From Sminthopsis crassicaudata (taxonomy: Eukaryota), in NCBI RefSeq assembly GCF_048593235.1, contig NC_133620.1, positions 441,345,261-441,409,260 on the forward strand: a stretch of DNA of 64,000 nt. Reading direction: 5' to 3'. Below the pieces are notes generated by a model. The model saw nothing but the letters and a program-made list of their open reading frames with translations, ran no database searches and was not told the DNA's origin. Shown one piece after another: positions 1-12,601 of the stretch. A program made the translations under genes and the position numbers. Every line of letters starts with the position of its first letter. The stretch's first letter is position 1.

Positions 1-334
1 CCTATTATAAAAGAGCCAAACTAAAACCTTCTCTTTACAGAGGTTCCAAACATGCCAGCTCTATGCTTGACACAAAGGTCTCTGCCCACTGGACTATTGT
101 TTGCAATGCCCTCTTATCGCTACCTTCACCTATTTCCTTAATAAGACTTAACCTTACTTCCAATCCCCATAATAAACCGCTTTTATCAATCTAGGCTTTC
201 GGGTCTCATTTAACTCCCTACCCATGTGCCGAATTCTGAGGGGTTGCAGGGAAGCTCCATTTGACTCTCTGAACCCCGAACCTGCCACTAGACATCCTTT
301 AACTTCCGGACCACCAGAAACCCTAATCAGTATC
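1..334 (+). mobile_element. 3' part of an LTR-like element cut by the window start
   Basis: TATA-like TATAAAA at the start, AATAAA near 172, ends ...ATCA; family not identified. Confidence 0.45.
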
Positions 335-374
335 ATGGAACGAAAAAGATGCTGGATGTAGAATCAGAAGACTT

Positions 375-743
375 TATAATGCCAGAGAAACTGAGCAAGA
401 TAGAGATTAGAGAACATGGGAGAGATTTACTGGGATCAAATGGATCCATGATCTTCAAGAATCCAGCAGTGAATGTCAGATACAAGATTCTTTAGTAGGG
501 AACAAGAACAATGATATAAGGGGGGAAGTACCTGGATGGGGATGACCTAAGTGGGGGAGGAATTTAGGATGAAGATGACAATGGAGGGAGGTACAGGAGA
601 GGCTTTTAATGATGTCTTAAATGGATAAAGAGCTTTATCCTATCAAACATTAAGAGGGAATTGTTATAACCTGAGGCAGAGTAACTGAATAGGACAATTA
701 GGGAAACTGAGTCAGGACATTAAAAGGGAATTGTGGCACAACA
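375..743 (-). mobile_element. Solo LTR, family X (TGTTGTGCCACA...CTCAGTTTCTCTGGCATTACA)
   Basis: Reverse complement matches the termini and body of the LTRs at 1376, 4995, 6496 and 61074. Confidence 0.75.
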
Positions 744-1854
744 GCCTATCTTCTGATTCTAATCCTGCCCACAAAGGCCCACCTGTAGTTGAGTGTTGAT
801 CTCAATGTCAAGAACTAAATTAAATCCAACTTCAGATGCCAACTATATGATTTTGGACAAGTCACCTATCCTCTTCCTCAGTTTCCTTATTTATAAAATG
901 GGGATAATAATAGCACCTACCTCATAGGGATGTTGTGAGGCTCAAATGAGATAACACTTGTAGAGTGCTTAGTCTAACGGTCAGCACATTAAAAACATTT
1001 AAGTTTTATTATTATTGAAAACAATTAACTTTGAATACAATAACTACTAATGATTCAATGAATAACCCTTGTAATGCCAGAGAAACTGAGCAAGATAGAG
1101 ATTAGAAAACAATTTAATATTTTATTTGAAATGGAGAGATTTACTGTGACAAAACGGATCCATGGTTGGTCCCAGGGCTGAATGAGACTACCGTCTCCAA
1201 GAATCCAGCCCTGAATGTCCCATAGCAAGATTCTTTTATAGGGTTACAAGAACAATGACATACTGGAGGAGGTACCTGGATGGGTATAACCAATAATGAC
1301 TATAGCCTAAGGTATCTAAGATATCTTATATCTAAGATATAAGATCTTTATCCTAACATTAGGAGGGAATGGTTATGTTGTGCCACAATTCTCTTTTAAT
1401 TCCCGGACCCAGTTTCCCTTATTGTCCTATTCAATAACTCTGCCTCAGGTTATAACCATTCCCTTTTAATGTTAGGATAAAGGTCTTATATCTTAGACCT
1501 TAAACTATATTTATTCCCTCTTAATGTTTGATGGAATAAAGGTCTGTATCCATTTTAGAAATTATTAGAATATTAGGAGCCTCTCCAGTACTTCCCATTA
1601 TGTCATCCTAGGTGCCTCCCCCCAGTTAGGTCAATCCCAACCAGGTTTCCTTTCCCCATTATGTTATTGTTCTTGTTACCCTGTAAAAAAATGCTGTCTC
1701 CGATATTCAGGGCTGGATTCTTTGAGACAATAGTCTCCCTTCAGCCTTGGAACCAACCATGGATCCATTTGGTCCCAGTAAATCACTCCATTAAATAAAT
1801 TCTGTATTGAATACTCTCTAATCACTATCTTGCTCAGTTTTTTGGCACTACATT

Positions 1855-1874
1855 TTGAAGCTCCCCAGCGAGAT
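1855..1874 (+). promoter_or_regulatory. Primer-binding site, tRNA-Thr-like
   Basis: TTGAAGCTCCCCAGCGAGAT directly after the LTR resembles the gammaretroviral Thr-type PBS TGGAGGCCCCAGCGAGAT. Confidence 0.55.
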
Positions 1875-2885
1875 ATTCGCAAATGAGCAGGATTAGAGAT
1901 AAGAGACTTTCCAGTCTCTGCTTGGGCCTGAGTGGCTGAGTATCTTAATTCTTGGCCTGGAGAGGCTGACCCCCTGAATTTTTTTTTTCCAGAGCCTTCG
2001 GGATAAGTTTCCAGTTACAACAGCCTGATTAGACACCGGCTACAGTCTGTCTGCGTACCTTTTGAGGTACCACCTGTTTTGTTGGTATAAGATCTGTATA
2101 AGGTCTTATACCTGTTCTGTTCTGTATGCTAGCATCTGGATTCCCAGAATTACGAACTGCTGACGGGCATAAATTCTGGGAGTAGGGTCTTCTGGATGCA
2201 GGGGACCCTACCTGGGTGTCTAAGACACATATTTCTGTGTGCCAGTTGGCACAACTCTGGGAATTCCAGAGTATAAGTCTGGGTGTCTTTTTTACAGACA
2301 CCATCTGGCTAAAAAACAAAACAGCAACAACAAAAACTGCAGGCTCTGTTTGGATTATAGAAAGGCAGACTGGAGTTGACAACCTCCCTCAGGGCTATTC
2401 TTTCCAGATAAGCCCCTGATATGTGTTAAATATTTTTGACTGCTGTGCAGTCTATGTGTATTTTGTGTTCTGTGTGATTTGTTTGTCTGCTCTGTTAATT
2501 TAAGAGCTCTTGTTAAGTTTAAGAACAATGATCAAATTTTAGAATTGGTTATTTCAATACTGAACTCTAGCTGGAGAAAACATTTGATTAGGAATTGTAG
2601 GATATTTTAAATTGTGAAAAAAGAAAATTAGGGTTGCCTGTGCTGGCTAGATTTACTTATCTTTAAGTATAAGATCTTAAAAGAACAATAGCTTGTTAAA
2701 ATGAAATTCTGTTAACTTGCCTGAAAGAGGTCATGTGTGTCTAATTAGGTAAAGTATGTAGCAAAAAGGATCTAACTTCTAAAGGCTCCAACTCTGGCCA
2801 AGTTGGAACTTAAGAGAATTATGGCCACGTGGGGCCAGAGGGAGAGAAAGAAAAACTATGCTGTTTCATTATTTGAAATATGATA

Positions 2886-3030
2886 GGAGCGGCAGCTAGG
2901 TGGCACAGGGGATAGAGCACCAGCCCTGAATTCTGGAGGACCAGAGTTCAAGTCTGGTCTCGGATACTTAACGCTTCCTAGCTGTGTGACCCTGGGCAAG
3001 TCACTTAACCCCAACCTCAGGGGGGAAAAA
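2886..3030 (+). mobile_element. tRNA-derived CORE-SINE (WSINE1-like)
   Basis: GGCAGCTAGGTGG head, B-box-like GAGTTCAAG, CORE GTGTGACCCTGGGCAAGTCACTTAAC, A-rich tail. Confidence 0.8.
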
Positions 3031-5779
3031 TGGCCGGAAAAGCAGTTTTATATTATTGGGAATTTAATGCTGTATTTAGTTTGGTTCAGAGTTTGTTACT
3101 TATAGTATAACATTGTAAGTTATGCTTTAAATCCAACTCTGCTGGACATGGGGATTTTATGGAATCTCTCCCCCGCACCCCTCCCATTAATTTCTGTTAC
3201 TTTAAAGGTTGGGTGGGGTAGGTATCTTTTGTCTTCAAAGGTGAAGATTTAAACTAGCCTCTCCTCCCTTCTCCCCCCCCCCCCCCCCCCAGCTACTTCG
3301 GGTATGGAACATCTAGTTACCCTGGAGTGAAGTTTAGTTCCACTTCCCTCCCTTCTGCCTCTTAGGAGGAATCCTTTCCTGCCCCCTCCCTCTAAACTGT
3401 TCCAGCTGTTTTCTATTAAGTTGTAGCCACCTTGTTCTTGGCTAAAAGGAGCAAACTGATCCTTGTAAATATAAGGTTATGATATATATCTGTTTAGGAT
3501 TTATCTGAAACTTTGGTTATTAGAAGTTAATGAAACTTGTTATTGGAGGATAAATTTCTTGGGATTTGTATATGTTTTCCCCTTTTGTAACTGATTTCTA
3601 TAATCAATAATGGTCAATAAGAAACTGTTAATGCAATTCAATTATGTCATACCTTGCTGTTTCCAATCCAGTTATCTGTAATCATTATATCCTAAATACT
3701 TGAGCAAATAAGTATTTAGTCTGGTCATCTATCTATTACTAGATATTACTAGATCTGTTACAGGTTTTGTTTTGTTTGTTTGTTTGTTTTAAGTTTATAA
3801 CTAATGAGAAGCCACAGTCCTTGTGGCAGTCCTTGTGGACCAGTTTTTCTATCTCAGACTGTTCTAACTTTTGTTAGATTTATTTTTGTTTCTAGATTTG
3901 GTCGAATTACAGATACTGACTTGCTTCTGGGACCTAGATTGAGCTTTGATTATCGGCAGTCCACATTATACCCATCCCCCTCCATGGATTGGAGTTTTTG
4001 AGAAAACTGCTCCTGATTAATTTGGACTGATATGGGGGAGTGGGAAAGTGTTTAAATTGTTAAAACTATTACTGTATTTAAGACTTGGGATGGAAATTGT
4101 TAAACTTGCTGTTATATTTGAGGGAATTTTAGTCTGTTATGTATATGTATAGGAATTTTGATTTGCTCTTGGGATTTATATATGGAATGGTTATTTGATA
4201 ATTCATTTCTGTAAGAAAAAAAGAAATTGGGGAAATTGGTGTAGGCACTTTTGCCCTACCCCCTATCTCACTAGTTCAGATTGAATTGGACATCCTTAAA
4301 TTTACTGGACTATGATTTGCTGGTTATGCTTTAACTTTGAATCCCTTATTCTGTTGAATTGCCCTAGCAGACTCAGTTTTTTCAGAAACAGCCAGAAGTC
4401 AGACATCTGGCAGTCTCTCTGATCTGTTTTTCCACTCCTGTAACTCCAGTTCCTTAATTAGTTTTTCAGCGTTCTCAAAGAATCTTGCCGCAGTTTGATA
4501 TCGGGCCTCTAAAAGTTTGGGGTTGCTTGCCTTGGTCTAACTGCATACACTGCTCAGAAATCTGGATACTAGTAGAAGCTCCTGTTCCATTGAGGGGACA
4601 GATGGGGCTACTCCAGGCCCCACTTTTCCCCCTAGGACTTGGAGTGCACCTCTTAGGATGGGCAGCGAATTTAGGACTGTCTTGAGCCCTGATGCTCTAT
4701 AAGCAGAGGCTGAGTTAAATGCACAAATGACCACAGACCTAACTCACAGTGAACGGTCCATATGCTCCCCAACTGCAGAGGACCTACATGATTGCAAGGA
4801 GGAACTTAGTGTATTGCTGATTAACTCTGGGATTATCAGGCAGAGACTTGTCTTTGCCATAAGTCATTGTTCTAGCTTTATTTTAGTTTTTATTTGGTTT
4901 ATTTACTTCACATAGGTTTGGTCAAAATTATGGGGCTAAGACCTTCTAGAGAAAGGTAATTCAAAGATTTGAATAGTAAGAAGAGAGTGTGGAATGTTGT
5001 GCCACAGTTCTCTTTTAAAGTCCTGATCCAGTTTCCCTAATTGTCCAATTCTGTTACTCTGCCTCAGGTTATAACCATTCCCTCTGAATGTTAGGATAAA
5101 GGTCTTATATCTCAGACCTTAGGCTATACTTATTCCCTCTTAATGTTTGATGGAATAAAGGTCTTTATCCATTTTAGATATCAGAATTATCTGGAGCCTC
5201 TCCACTACCTCCCTTCTTTATGTCATCCTAGGTGCCTCCCCCCATTATGTTATTGTTCTTGTTACCCTATAAAGAATCTTGTGTATCTGACATTGTTTTT
5301 GGATTCTTTGAGATGATAAGTCTAGTTCAGCCCTGGGACTAACCATAGATCCATTTGGTCCCAGGAAATCTCTCCATTTAATAAATTCTGTATTGAATAC
5401 GTTCTAATTTCGGTCTAGCTCAGTTTCTCCAGTGTTACATTTATAACCTGAGGCAGAGTAACTGAATAGGACAATTAGGGAAACTGGGTCAGGACATTAA
5501 AAGAGAACTGTGGTACAACAGTGTATCTTTAGAAATGTAAAAACAAAGCATAGCAATAAAAAGAAACAAATGGATATGACTTTGCCATTAAAAAACTGCA
5601 TCATTACCATCTTCTTAGCTGCTGTATACTAAGAACAATGGTACCTTCCCTTTGACGTTCAGCTGAAACCTCCTATATGTGTTGTCTCCTTTATTAGAGT
5701 GTGAACTTCTTGAGAGCAGAGATGGTTGTATCTTCAGGTCTTTTGGATAGTAAAGCACTCACTAAATTAAAAAAAAAAA

Positions 5780-7320
5780 AAAACAAACAAACAAATGATA
5801 ACTTAGAGAAAAAAGTGAATACCTGAAAAAATTACAATAGCCATATCAATGAAGGAATAAATAGACTAAGAAACTCAGTATCAGAAAAAGAAGTGGAACA
5901 AGCCATAAATTCCTAATTGAAAAAAAAAGAAAAATCCAGGACTAGAAAGATTTACATGTAATCCTTTAAATTTTAATCTTCAAATCCATCACATATTCAA
6001 AGAAAAATTGATCCCGATTCTAAAAAAAAATGTTTGCAATGACAAAAAAGTGCACTCTTCCACTTTCTTTTTATGATACAAATATGATATTGTTCCCTAA
6101 TGCACAGAAAGGCAAAAAGAGGAAGAAACTATAGAGCAACATTTCTACTGAACCTTGATATATTAAAAAACAAAAACAAAAACAAAAACAAAAACAAAAA
6201 CAATTAGCAAGTTGCTTAAAACAGTATTTAGAAGTATATCTTGTAACCAGGTAGTGATTTTCTTTTTCTGAAAATGAATTAACTAATTCATTTTTAAATG
6301 AATTAACTGATTCATTTTTAAATGAATTTTATGTAATTCAATATGAATTGAAATAAAAACTAATTATTTTATAACAAGAAACTAACTATAATAAACCATA
6401 TTAGCAATATAAACAATAAAAAACATGTAATTCTGCCAATAGATACTAAAAAAGCTTTTGAGGGAACATTAATTTCTATTAAAAACTGTAGAAATTGTAA
6501 TGCCAGAGAAACTGAAACAAGATAGAGATGAGAGAATTTTTAATATTTTATTTGGATTTCTGAGAAAGAGAGATTGTGCTGGAGGCATGTTGCCCCCAAG
6601 GCTGATGTCTCAAAGCAAATGTGAGTTCTCAATGACATGTATATTACTCTAAGCTCAGGTAGCTAAACAAAGGCAGGGGAGGATTGGAGTCCAAACTCTG
6701 GTGAGCAGGGAATCTCTAGGCAGGGACTATTAATCCAGTTCTGACAGGTTGGGGTTAGGATCATACATTCTTACTAACTGGGAATTAAGGAGGTGTTCAG
6801 CTAGACCCAGGAAGTCTGAAACTTAAAGTTATAAACAATGCCAATTATGTATCTGAGATAGGACCTCTGGAGTTTTATCTTCTGGAATGTCAGATCTCCA
6901 CAGCCCTAATAATCTCGTTCTAATGAGCAGAAAAGGGGAACCAGGGAAACTGAGGCAGAACAATAAAAGGGAACTGTAGCACAACAAAACTATGGGAATA
7001 AATGTATGTTCCTCACAGGACATGGTGTTCACTTTCATTCAAAAGTATTTTATATAATGAAGAAAAGTTAGAATCTTAATAAAATCAGGAGCAAAACAAG
7101 GATATAACCTCCAATATGATCACTACCAATAAAAGGCTTATAAGAAAAAGCTATACACTTTTATAAGCTATAAGAAGAAGAAATTGAGGGAATAAGAATA
7201 GGAAAAAAAGAGACATAACTATGTTTTTTTTTTAATTGAATAGTTTTATATAAAGAAAATTAGATAAAAATTAATTAAAATAATAACTAACAAAATTGCA
7301 GGACATAAGATGAATTTATG
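5780..7320 (+). mobile_element. Old L1 ORF2 relic, interrupted by a solo LTR
   Basis: Degenerate similarity to ORF2 of the L1 at 12.6-15.8 kb (e.g. TCAGAAAAAGAAGTGGAACAAGC, CCAGGACTAGAAAGATTTACATG); boundaries approximate. Confidence 0.65.
6496..6986 (-). mobile_element. Solo LTR, family X-related
   Basis: Starts TGTAATGCCAGAGAAACTG and ends GAACTGTAGCACAACA; flanks AAAT/AAAC. Confidence 0.8.
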
Positions 7321-7566
7321 TAAATCTTCAGCATACCTGATGTGGCTTATGTTCTTCCCCAGTCAGGAAGAAGCCCAAATGGCTTCCCAGAGTATCCTTT
7401 TTCTATAGAATAATGTGATGTTAATAATGGGAGTCTATTGTTAATTCATCCATTTTATCCTCAATCTAGTCAGCATCTTTAAAGATAGTTACAAACTTTG
7501 AGATAACTGTGATGGAAACTTAGCTTTCCCCAATTGTTTTATTATCATAAATTAAGACAGTCATAA

Positions 7567-8014
7567 TGTAACCCCTATAGGACCATAATTGCTTACAAAA
7601 AAGAAGTTAGCTTTCCCAGACTATCTTGGTGCATTCCACCTAGTCTTTGCCTGGGAAACCCCTAAGGTCATATTTCCTGTATAAAATAACTGATTATGAT
7701 GAACTTTTCTAAGTTCTTTTCAGGACTAAGGCCACTATGAGGTTACTCTCTCTTTCCCTCCTTATAGTGCCCATTCCCTCTAATGGTGGCTTTTTCCTTA
7801 CTCTGACTGATCCTGGTTAATCTTAACTATATGTTCTTCTAACTATTTCATATTTGCCACTCTTGGTCCCTATTTTGCCTCTTATTTTTATCTGTAACCT
7901 CTTCTCCTAAATAAATCTGCCTTTTGTCAAAGAGAATGACGATTGTGAATTTGTCATATGTTTATTTCAAACTAGGAACTCCCTAAATCCCATTTTACCT
8001 ATATTTAACCAACA
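7567..8014 (+). mobile_element. LTR-like element
   Basis: TG...CA ends and an AATAAATCTGCCTTTTG segment shared with 8515-9184; no clean TSD. Confidence 0.45.
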
Positions 8015-8057
8015 AAATCTAACAAGAAAGAGAAAATTGTTTAAAATAATGGAATAA

Positions 8058-8198
8058 GGCAGCTAGTTGGTTTAGTGAGTAGAGCACCAATTCTGAAGTC
8101 GGGAAGACCTGAGTTCAAATTTGACCTCGGACATTTAATACCTCCTGGCTGTGTGATCCTTCACAAGTCACTTAACCCCAATTGCCTCGGGGGAAAAA
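8058..8198 (+). mobile_element. CORE-SINE (WSINE1-like)
   Basis: GGCAGCTAG head, GAGTTCAAA B-box, CORE, A tail. Confidence 0.75.
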
Positions 8199-8514
8199 AA
8201 GGAAAGGAATTAATCATAGATTGCTTATCTAAGGCTTTGTTCTTCAAAAATCATCTCTCAACCTTTCAAAAGTCCTTGGCACTAGATCTGGCATTCTCAC
8301 TCACCTGTCTGATTACTCCTTCTCAGTCTCCTTTGGGCTACTTTCCAGATCTGACTTAATAATTTTAGGTGTTCCTCCAAGGTTCTGCCTTGCATTCCTT
8401 TCTCTTCTCTCTGTATTTCATTTGGTGATAACATCAGTTTCCATGAATTCAGTAATAATTCTTATTTATGTAGCTCTAAGCTCTGACCTCTAGCCTCACA
8501 TCTCTAAATTCCTT

Positions 8515-9184
8515 TGATGAGGTCCTAAATGGTGTCTTAGACCAAGAGAAACTGAAGAATTGATCCCTGAGTCAAGGGGGCAGAAGTCTGATAGAGATCA
8601 GTTAAGCTCCCTGGTCCCATCCTTTAGGGAGGTGATCCAGTCCAAAATCAAAAAGTTATGTCAAACTTCTGAGACTCTTCCTACACCCCGTAGAAATCCT
8701 TGTCATGTTCCTGAGATTCAATTTTCCCTATAAAATCTAGTTATGGGCCTAGTCATGAGTGCTACCCTCCTTTGAGTCAACTTGCCACTGGCACTCTGAC
8801 TTGTGGTGTCTTTCTCCTTACCTTTTCCCCCCATGCCATGTGCTATCTCCCCTCACTCCACTCTGCTTCCCAATCCCACTCCTCCTTATACCTAGCTCTT
8901 TTAGGGTACTAAGGCCCTTTTCGGATTCAGCCTACCAGCTAAGGGCATACTCCACTTTCATGGGGTACTTCATTTCTACTGGGTAATTGTGAGTTCCACT
9001 GAGGAACTTGTCTTGCATATGTTCTCCCACTCTATTTCGTATTTACCATTCCCGGTGTCTATTATATCCCTTCATTTTGTCTATAACATCTTCCCTAAAT
9101 AAATCTACCTTTTTGCAAAGGGAATGGTCATTGTGAATCCTTCATATGACCAAACCCCAACTTTTGGTGCTAAACTCCACATCA
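8515..9184 (+). mobile_element. LTR-like element within an L2-like relic
   Basis: TGATG...ACATCA ends, TATA-like CCCTATAAAAT, AATAAATCTACCTTTT; no clean TSD. Confidence 0.5.
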
Positions 9185-10515
9185 TAGGTCACATCACCTT
9201 TTATACAGCTTTAAGTAGATGTCATGTAGACATCTTAAACTATACATAACCAAGTCCAAACTAATTTTCTTTTCTTCCCAAATTCTCTTTTCCAAATATT
9301 ATTCTTATTGCCAACATCATAGCCATCCTCCAAACTACCCAGTCTGGCAAACTATTATGCTGACCTCCTTACTCTTTTAAGTCCCCCTTCCCCCCGGACC
9401 CTCATATCCACTCAGTTACCAAGTCTTGTTGAATCTACATTAATTACATCTCCTTTGTGTGCTCTTCTCTCCTATTCTGAATCCAACCTGCTACTAGTTA
9501 TCATTTCAAGCTTGCAGTAGCCTACTGGTTGATCTCCTTCCTCAAATCACAGTCCACATTTACTCATCTTTCAAATTGATTTTCCTAAAGTTCTATTCCT
9601 TAAAAAGGTGTGTGTCATTGACAGGCAGCTTGGTAGTGCAGATGTAGTGTGCTGGGACAAGAGTCAGAAAAAGTTCAAATTTGTCCTCAGACCACTTGTG
9701 TGATCCTGAACAAGTCACCTAACATCACTCTGCCTCAGTTTTATCAACTGCAAATTGGGAATCATAATAGCATCTAGCAGTTATAAAGATCCAATTAGAT
9801 GGTTAAGTTCTTAGCACAGGGCCTAGACCAAATTAAGTGCTTAAATAAATGTTTACTCCATTCTATGGCACCCCTACCTTCTATTCAACAAATTCCAGAA
9901 CTGCTTATATAGATCAAATATAAAACATCTGTTTGGCTTTTAACGTCCTTTCTAACTTGGTTTCCTCCTCTACTTCTGCTCTTTTTATGCTTTCTTGACT
10001 CTAGACATTTTCATTGAGAACTGTCCCACCTCTTTATTTCCACCTTCCGGCTTTCTTCAGGTTTCAGAGAAAACCCTATCTTCTGCAAGAAACTTTTCTG
10101 GGTGCTCATTAAATTTAGTCCCTTCCCTCTAAGATTATCTCATATGAATGTGTGTGTTGTGTATGTTGTTTATGTGCTGTCCTCTTAAGAGCAATGACAA
10201 TTCTTTGCTCTATTCTGGGGGGAGGGGTGGGGAGAGAGAAGACCCAAAATCCACCTACAAAACAAGGCAACAAACATTTATTAAGGAACTACTATGTGCC
10301 AGGCACTCTGTTGATAACTGAATACACATAAGAAAAAGTTCCTGCTTTCAAGGAGCTTACAATCTAATGGGAGAAGACATGCTATGGAAGAAAGCTAAAG
10401 AGGGGGAAGAAGGGTAGCAGCCAGAGGGGGCGGGTAGGGGGTATGATGATGGTGGAGGCAAACCAAACAAGATAACTGGTAGGAAATGAAGAGCTGGCTG
10501 CAATTCTGAGCCTTA

Positions 10516-11018
10516 TTGTCCTGACTTGGTTTCCCTAATGGTCCTGCCTCAATTTCCCCGAATTATTTTGCCTCAATCCCTCTGGTTGCAACTCTCCTTT
10601 TCTGCCCATTAGAACTGAGATCTGCGGAGATCTGGCATTTCAGAAGATAAAACTCCAGATGTCCTATCTCAGATACCTAATTGGTATCCTCTGAGTTTCA
10701 GACTTTCTGTCTCTAGCTGGATACCTCCTTAATTCCCAGTTAGTAAGAATTTATGGTCCTATCACCCAGCCTGGCACAACAGGATTGATGGTCCCAGCCT
10801 GGAGATTCTTGCTCACTAGAGTTTGGATTCCATCCCCCTTTGTGTATCTGAACTGAGAGTCATATATATGTCACTGAGAACTCATATTTGATGCTGGGTG
10901 CCTTGGACATCAGCCCTGGAGGCAACATGACCCCAGCACAATCTCTCCTCTCAGAAATCCAAATAAAATATTAAAAACTCTCTAATCTCTATCTTGCCTC
11001 AGTTTCTCTGGCATTACA
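10516..11018 (+). mobile_element. LTR, family X-related, 5' end degraded
   Basis: Ends CTCAGTTTCTCTGGCATTACA; body matches the reverse complement of 6496-6986. Confidence 0.7.
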
Positions 11019-11093
11019 GTTAAAGCAAGTGAAGGAGATGATGATGGGGTTGAAAGCATGCGGAGCACCCGGTGGGAAAAACCTGATAGGTTT

Positions 11094-11617
11094 TGTAATA
11101 CCTTAGTTTCTCTGAATTGTAATACCTTAGTTTCCTTGCCTCAGTTTCCCTAAATTGTTCTGCCTCAGTTTTCCTTGTAGCCACCCCCAACCCCCCTTCC
11201 TAACCATTAAGACTGAGAGAATTAGGGCCTCGAAGCTCTGGCCACTCTCACATTCCAGAGTCATAAAACTCCAGATGGCTTATCTCAAATGCCCCCATGG
11301 TATTCACTATCTTTTTGGCCTTCGGCTACCTTCCTGACCCCCCAACCCTGTCAGAATTAAAAAGTTATGGCCCTTCCTGGAATTTTCAATCACCCAGTGC
11401 TCTGCTCCCTCTCCCCCACCCCCACCCCCCCTTGCCTAAACAAAGGAATATAAAAGTCTGGAATTATGTGCTGGGGGGTAGATGCTTTCAGACAAGAGTC
11501 CCATTCAGATGGCTGGGGGCCAGACATGAGTCCTGTTCGGCCGCTAGTCCAGATTCTCCACTTTTAAAATACTAAAAACTTAATCTCTGTCTTACCTCAG
11601 TTTCTCCCAACATTACA
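11094..11617 (+). mobile_element. Solo LTR with 5-bp TSD GGTTT
   Basis: TGTAATA...CATTACA flanked by GGTTT on both sides (11089-11093, 11618-11622). Confidence 0.8.
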
Positions 11618-11861
11618 GGTTTTCCTTTAGGTGGTTACTAAAACATTGATGACTTGAAATAACTATGTTGAGCCAATTAGGCCTGGAAATTGAGAAAAAA
11701 AAAAAAAAAAAAAAAGCTCTGACCACCTTTACATTATCATTGTGTCAAACTCCAGGTGCATTATCTTGATCCTAGCTAGGATAAATCCCCCTCCTTTTGA
11801 GTATTGCTTCTAGACCCAATGAATGTCTCCGGTCCTCCACTTTCTTATCTTGACCCCTATC

Positions 11862-12341
11862 TGTTATGGGCCAGAACTTGAAACAAGGTGCTAAATCACT
11901 GATAGAGACAATGCTTATGTACTTAGGAAGGAGTTCACACCTTTAGAGAGCTTGTATGAGGAGGAGATCACAAGTCAAGGAGATTCACAAGTTGGGCAGA
12001 ACTATAAGAAAGCAGCTCTCAGGGTCAGACCCACAAGCCCATAGAAACCCACAAGCCCACTCTCTGGGAGGAGGAGTCAAGATTTACTCCAATTTCAATC
12101 TTTGTACTGACTGGAGATATTTGACAAGAATGGGAATCAAGGAGAGAGATGGGCCTCAAAGAAAGCTAACCAGGCCCAGGAAAAGACACAAGACTTTGGA
12201 GGAGAAAATAAAGGATCTAGACTTTCACTCCTGGCTGCATTTTGGGATTATTGAACAGAACTGAAAGTTAGGCTGCCTCCAGAAGCTCCCCAAGAAACCT
12301 GCACCCAGAGAACATTATATTTTAGAGAAGAGAACATTACA
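11862..12341 (+). mobile_element. Solo LTR (family Y, TGTTATGGGCCAGAACTTG) with 6-bp TSD CCTATC
   Basis: TG...CA ends; CCTATC at 11856-11861 and 12342-12347; 6-bp TSDs are typical of beta-like ERVs. Confidence 0.85.
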
Positions 12342-12601
12342 CCTATCCTGTCAGGATTAAGTTATTATCCTTTCCAGGAATTATGGCTTGTCTGTCCTCC
12401 CAGTTTCCTTACCCCCCTTATCTGCCTTTGTTTCCCCTATAAGCTTATATATTCAGGTTATATATTCTGTTTGCAAACCCTAGTTAGCTCAAAACTTATG
12501 AGGCAGGTTACCTGCCTCGGTTTATCTGGACCAACTGCTTTGCACAAGAGTCCCATGCAATCAGCAAGCTTAAATTTGACTGTTAAGATTAAAAACCAAT
12601 C

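Larger units (their letters stand above)
1376..5439 (+). mobile_element. Two-LTR ERV1-like element with non-coding or decayed internal region (LTRs 1376-1852 and 4995-5439)
   Basis: Homologous TG...CA LTRs, PBS-like sequence after the 5' LTR, purine tract AAGAAGAGAGTGTGGAA before the 3' LTR, imperfect flanks GTTA/TTTA; no recognisable gag/pol/env ORF. Confidence 0.75.
1070..5520 (-). mobile_element. Family X solo LTR split into 1070-1375 and 5440-5520 by a provirus of the same family
   Basis: Joining the two parts restores GGGAATGGTTATAACCTGAGGCAGAG, as in the unsplit copy at 375-743. Confidence 0.75.

Noticed and set aside
2886-3030. tRNA-like A/B boxes
   Set aside because: They belong to a CORE-SINE head, with no cloverleaf or CCA context; the same holds for the other SINEs.
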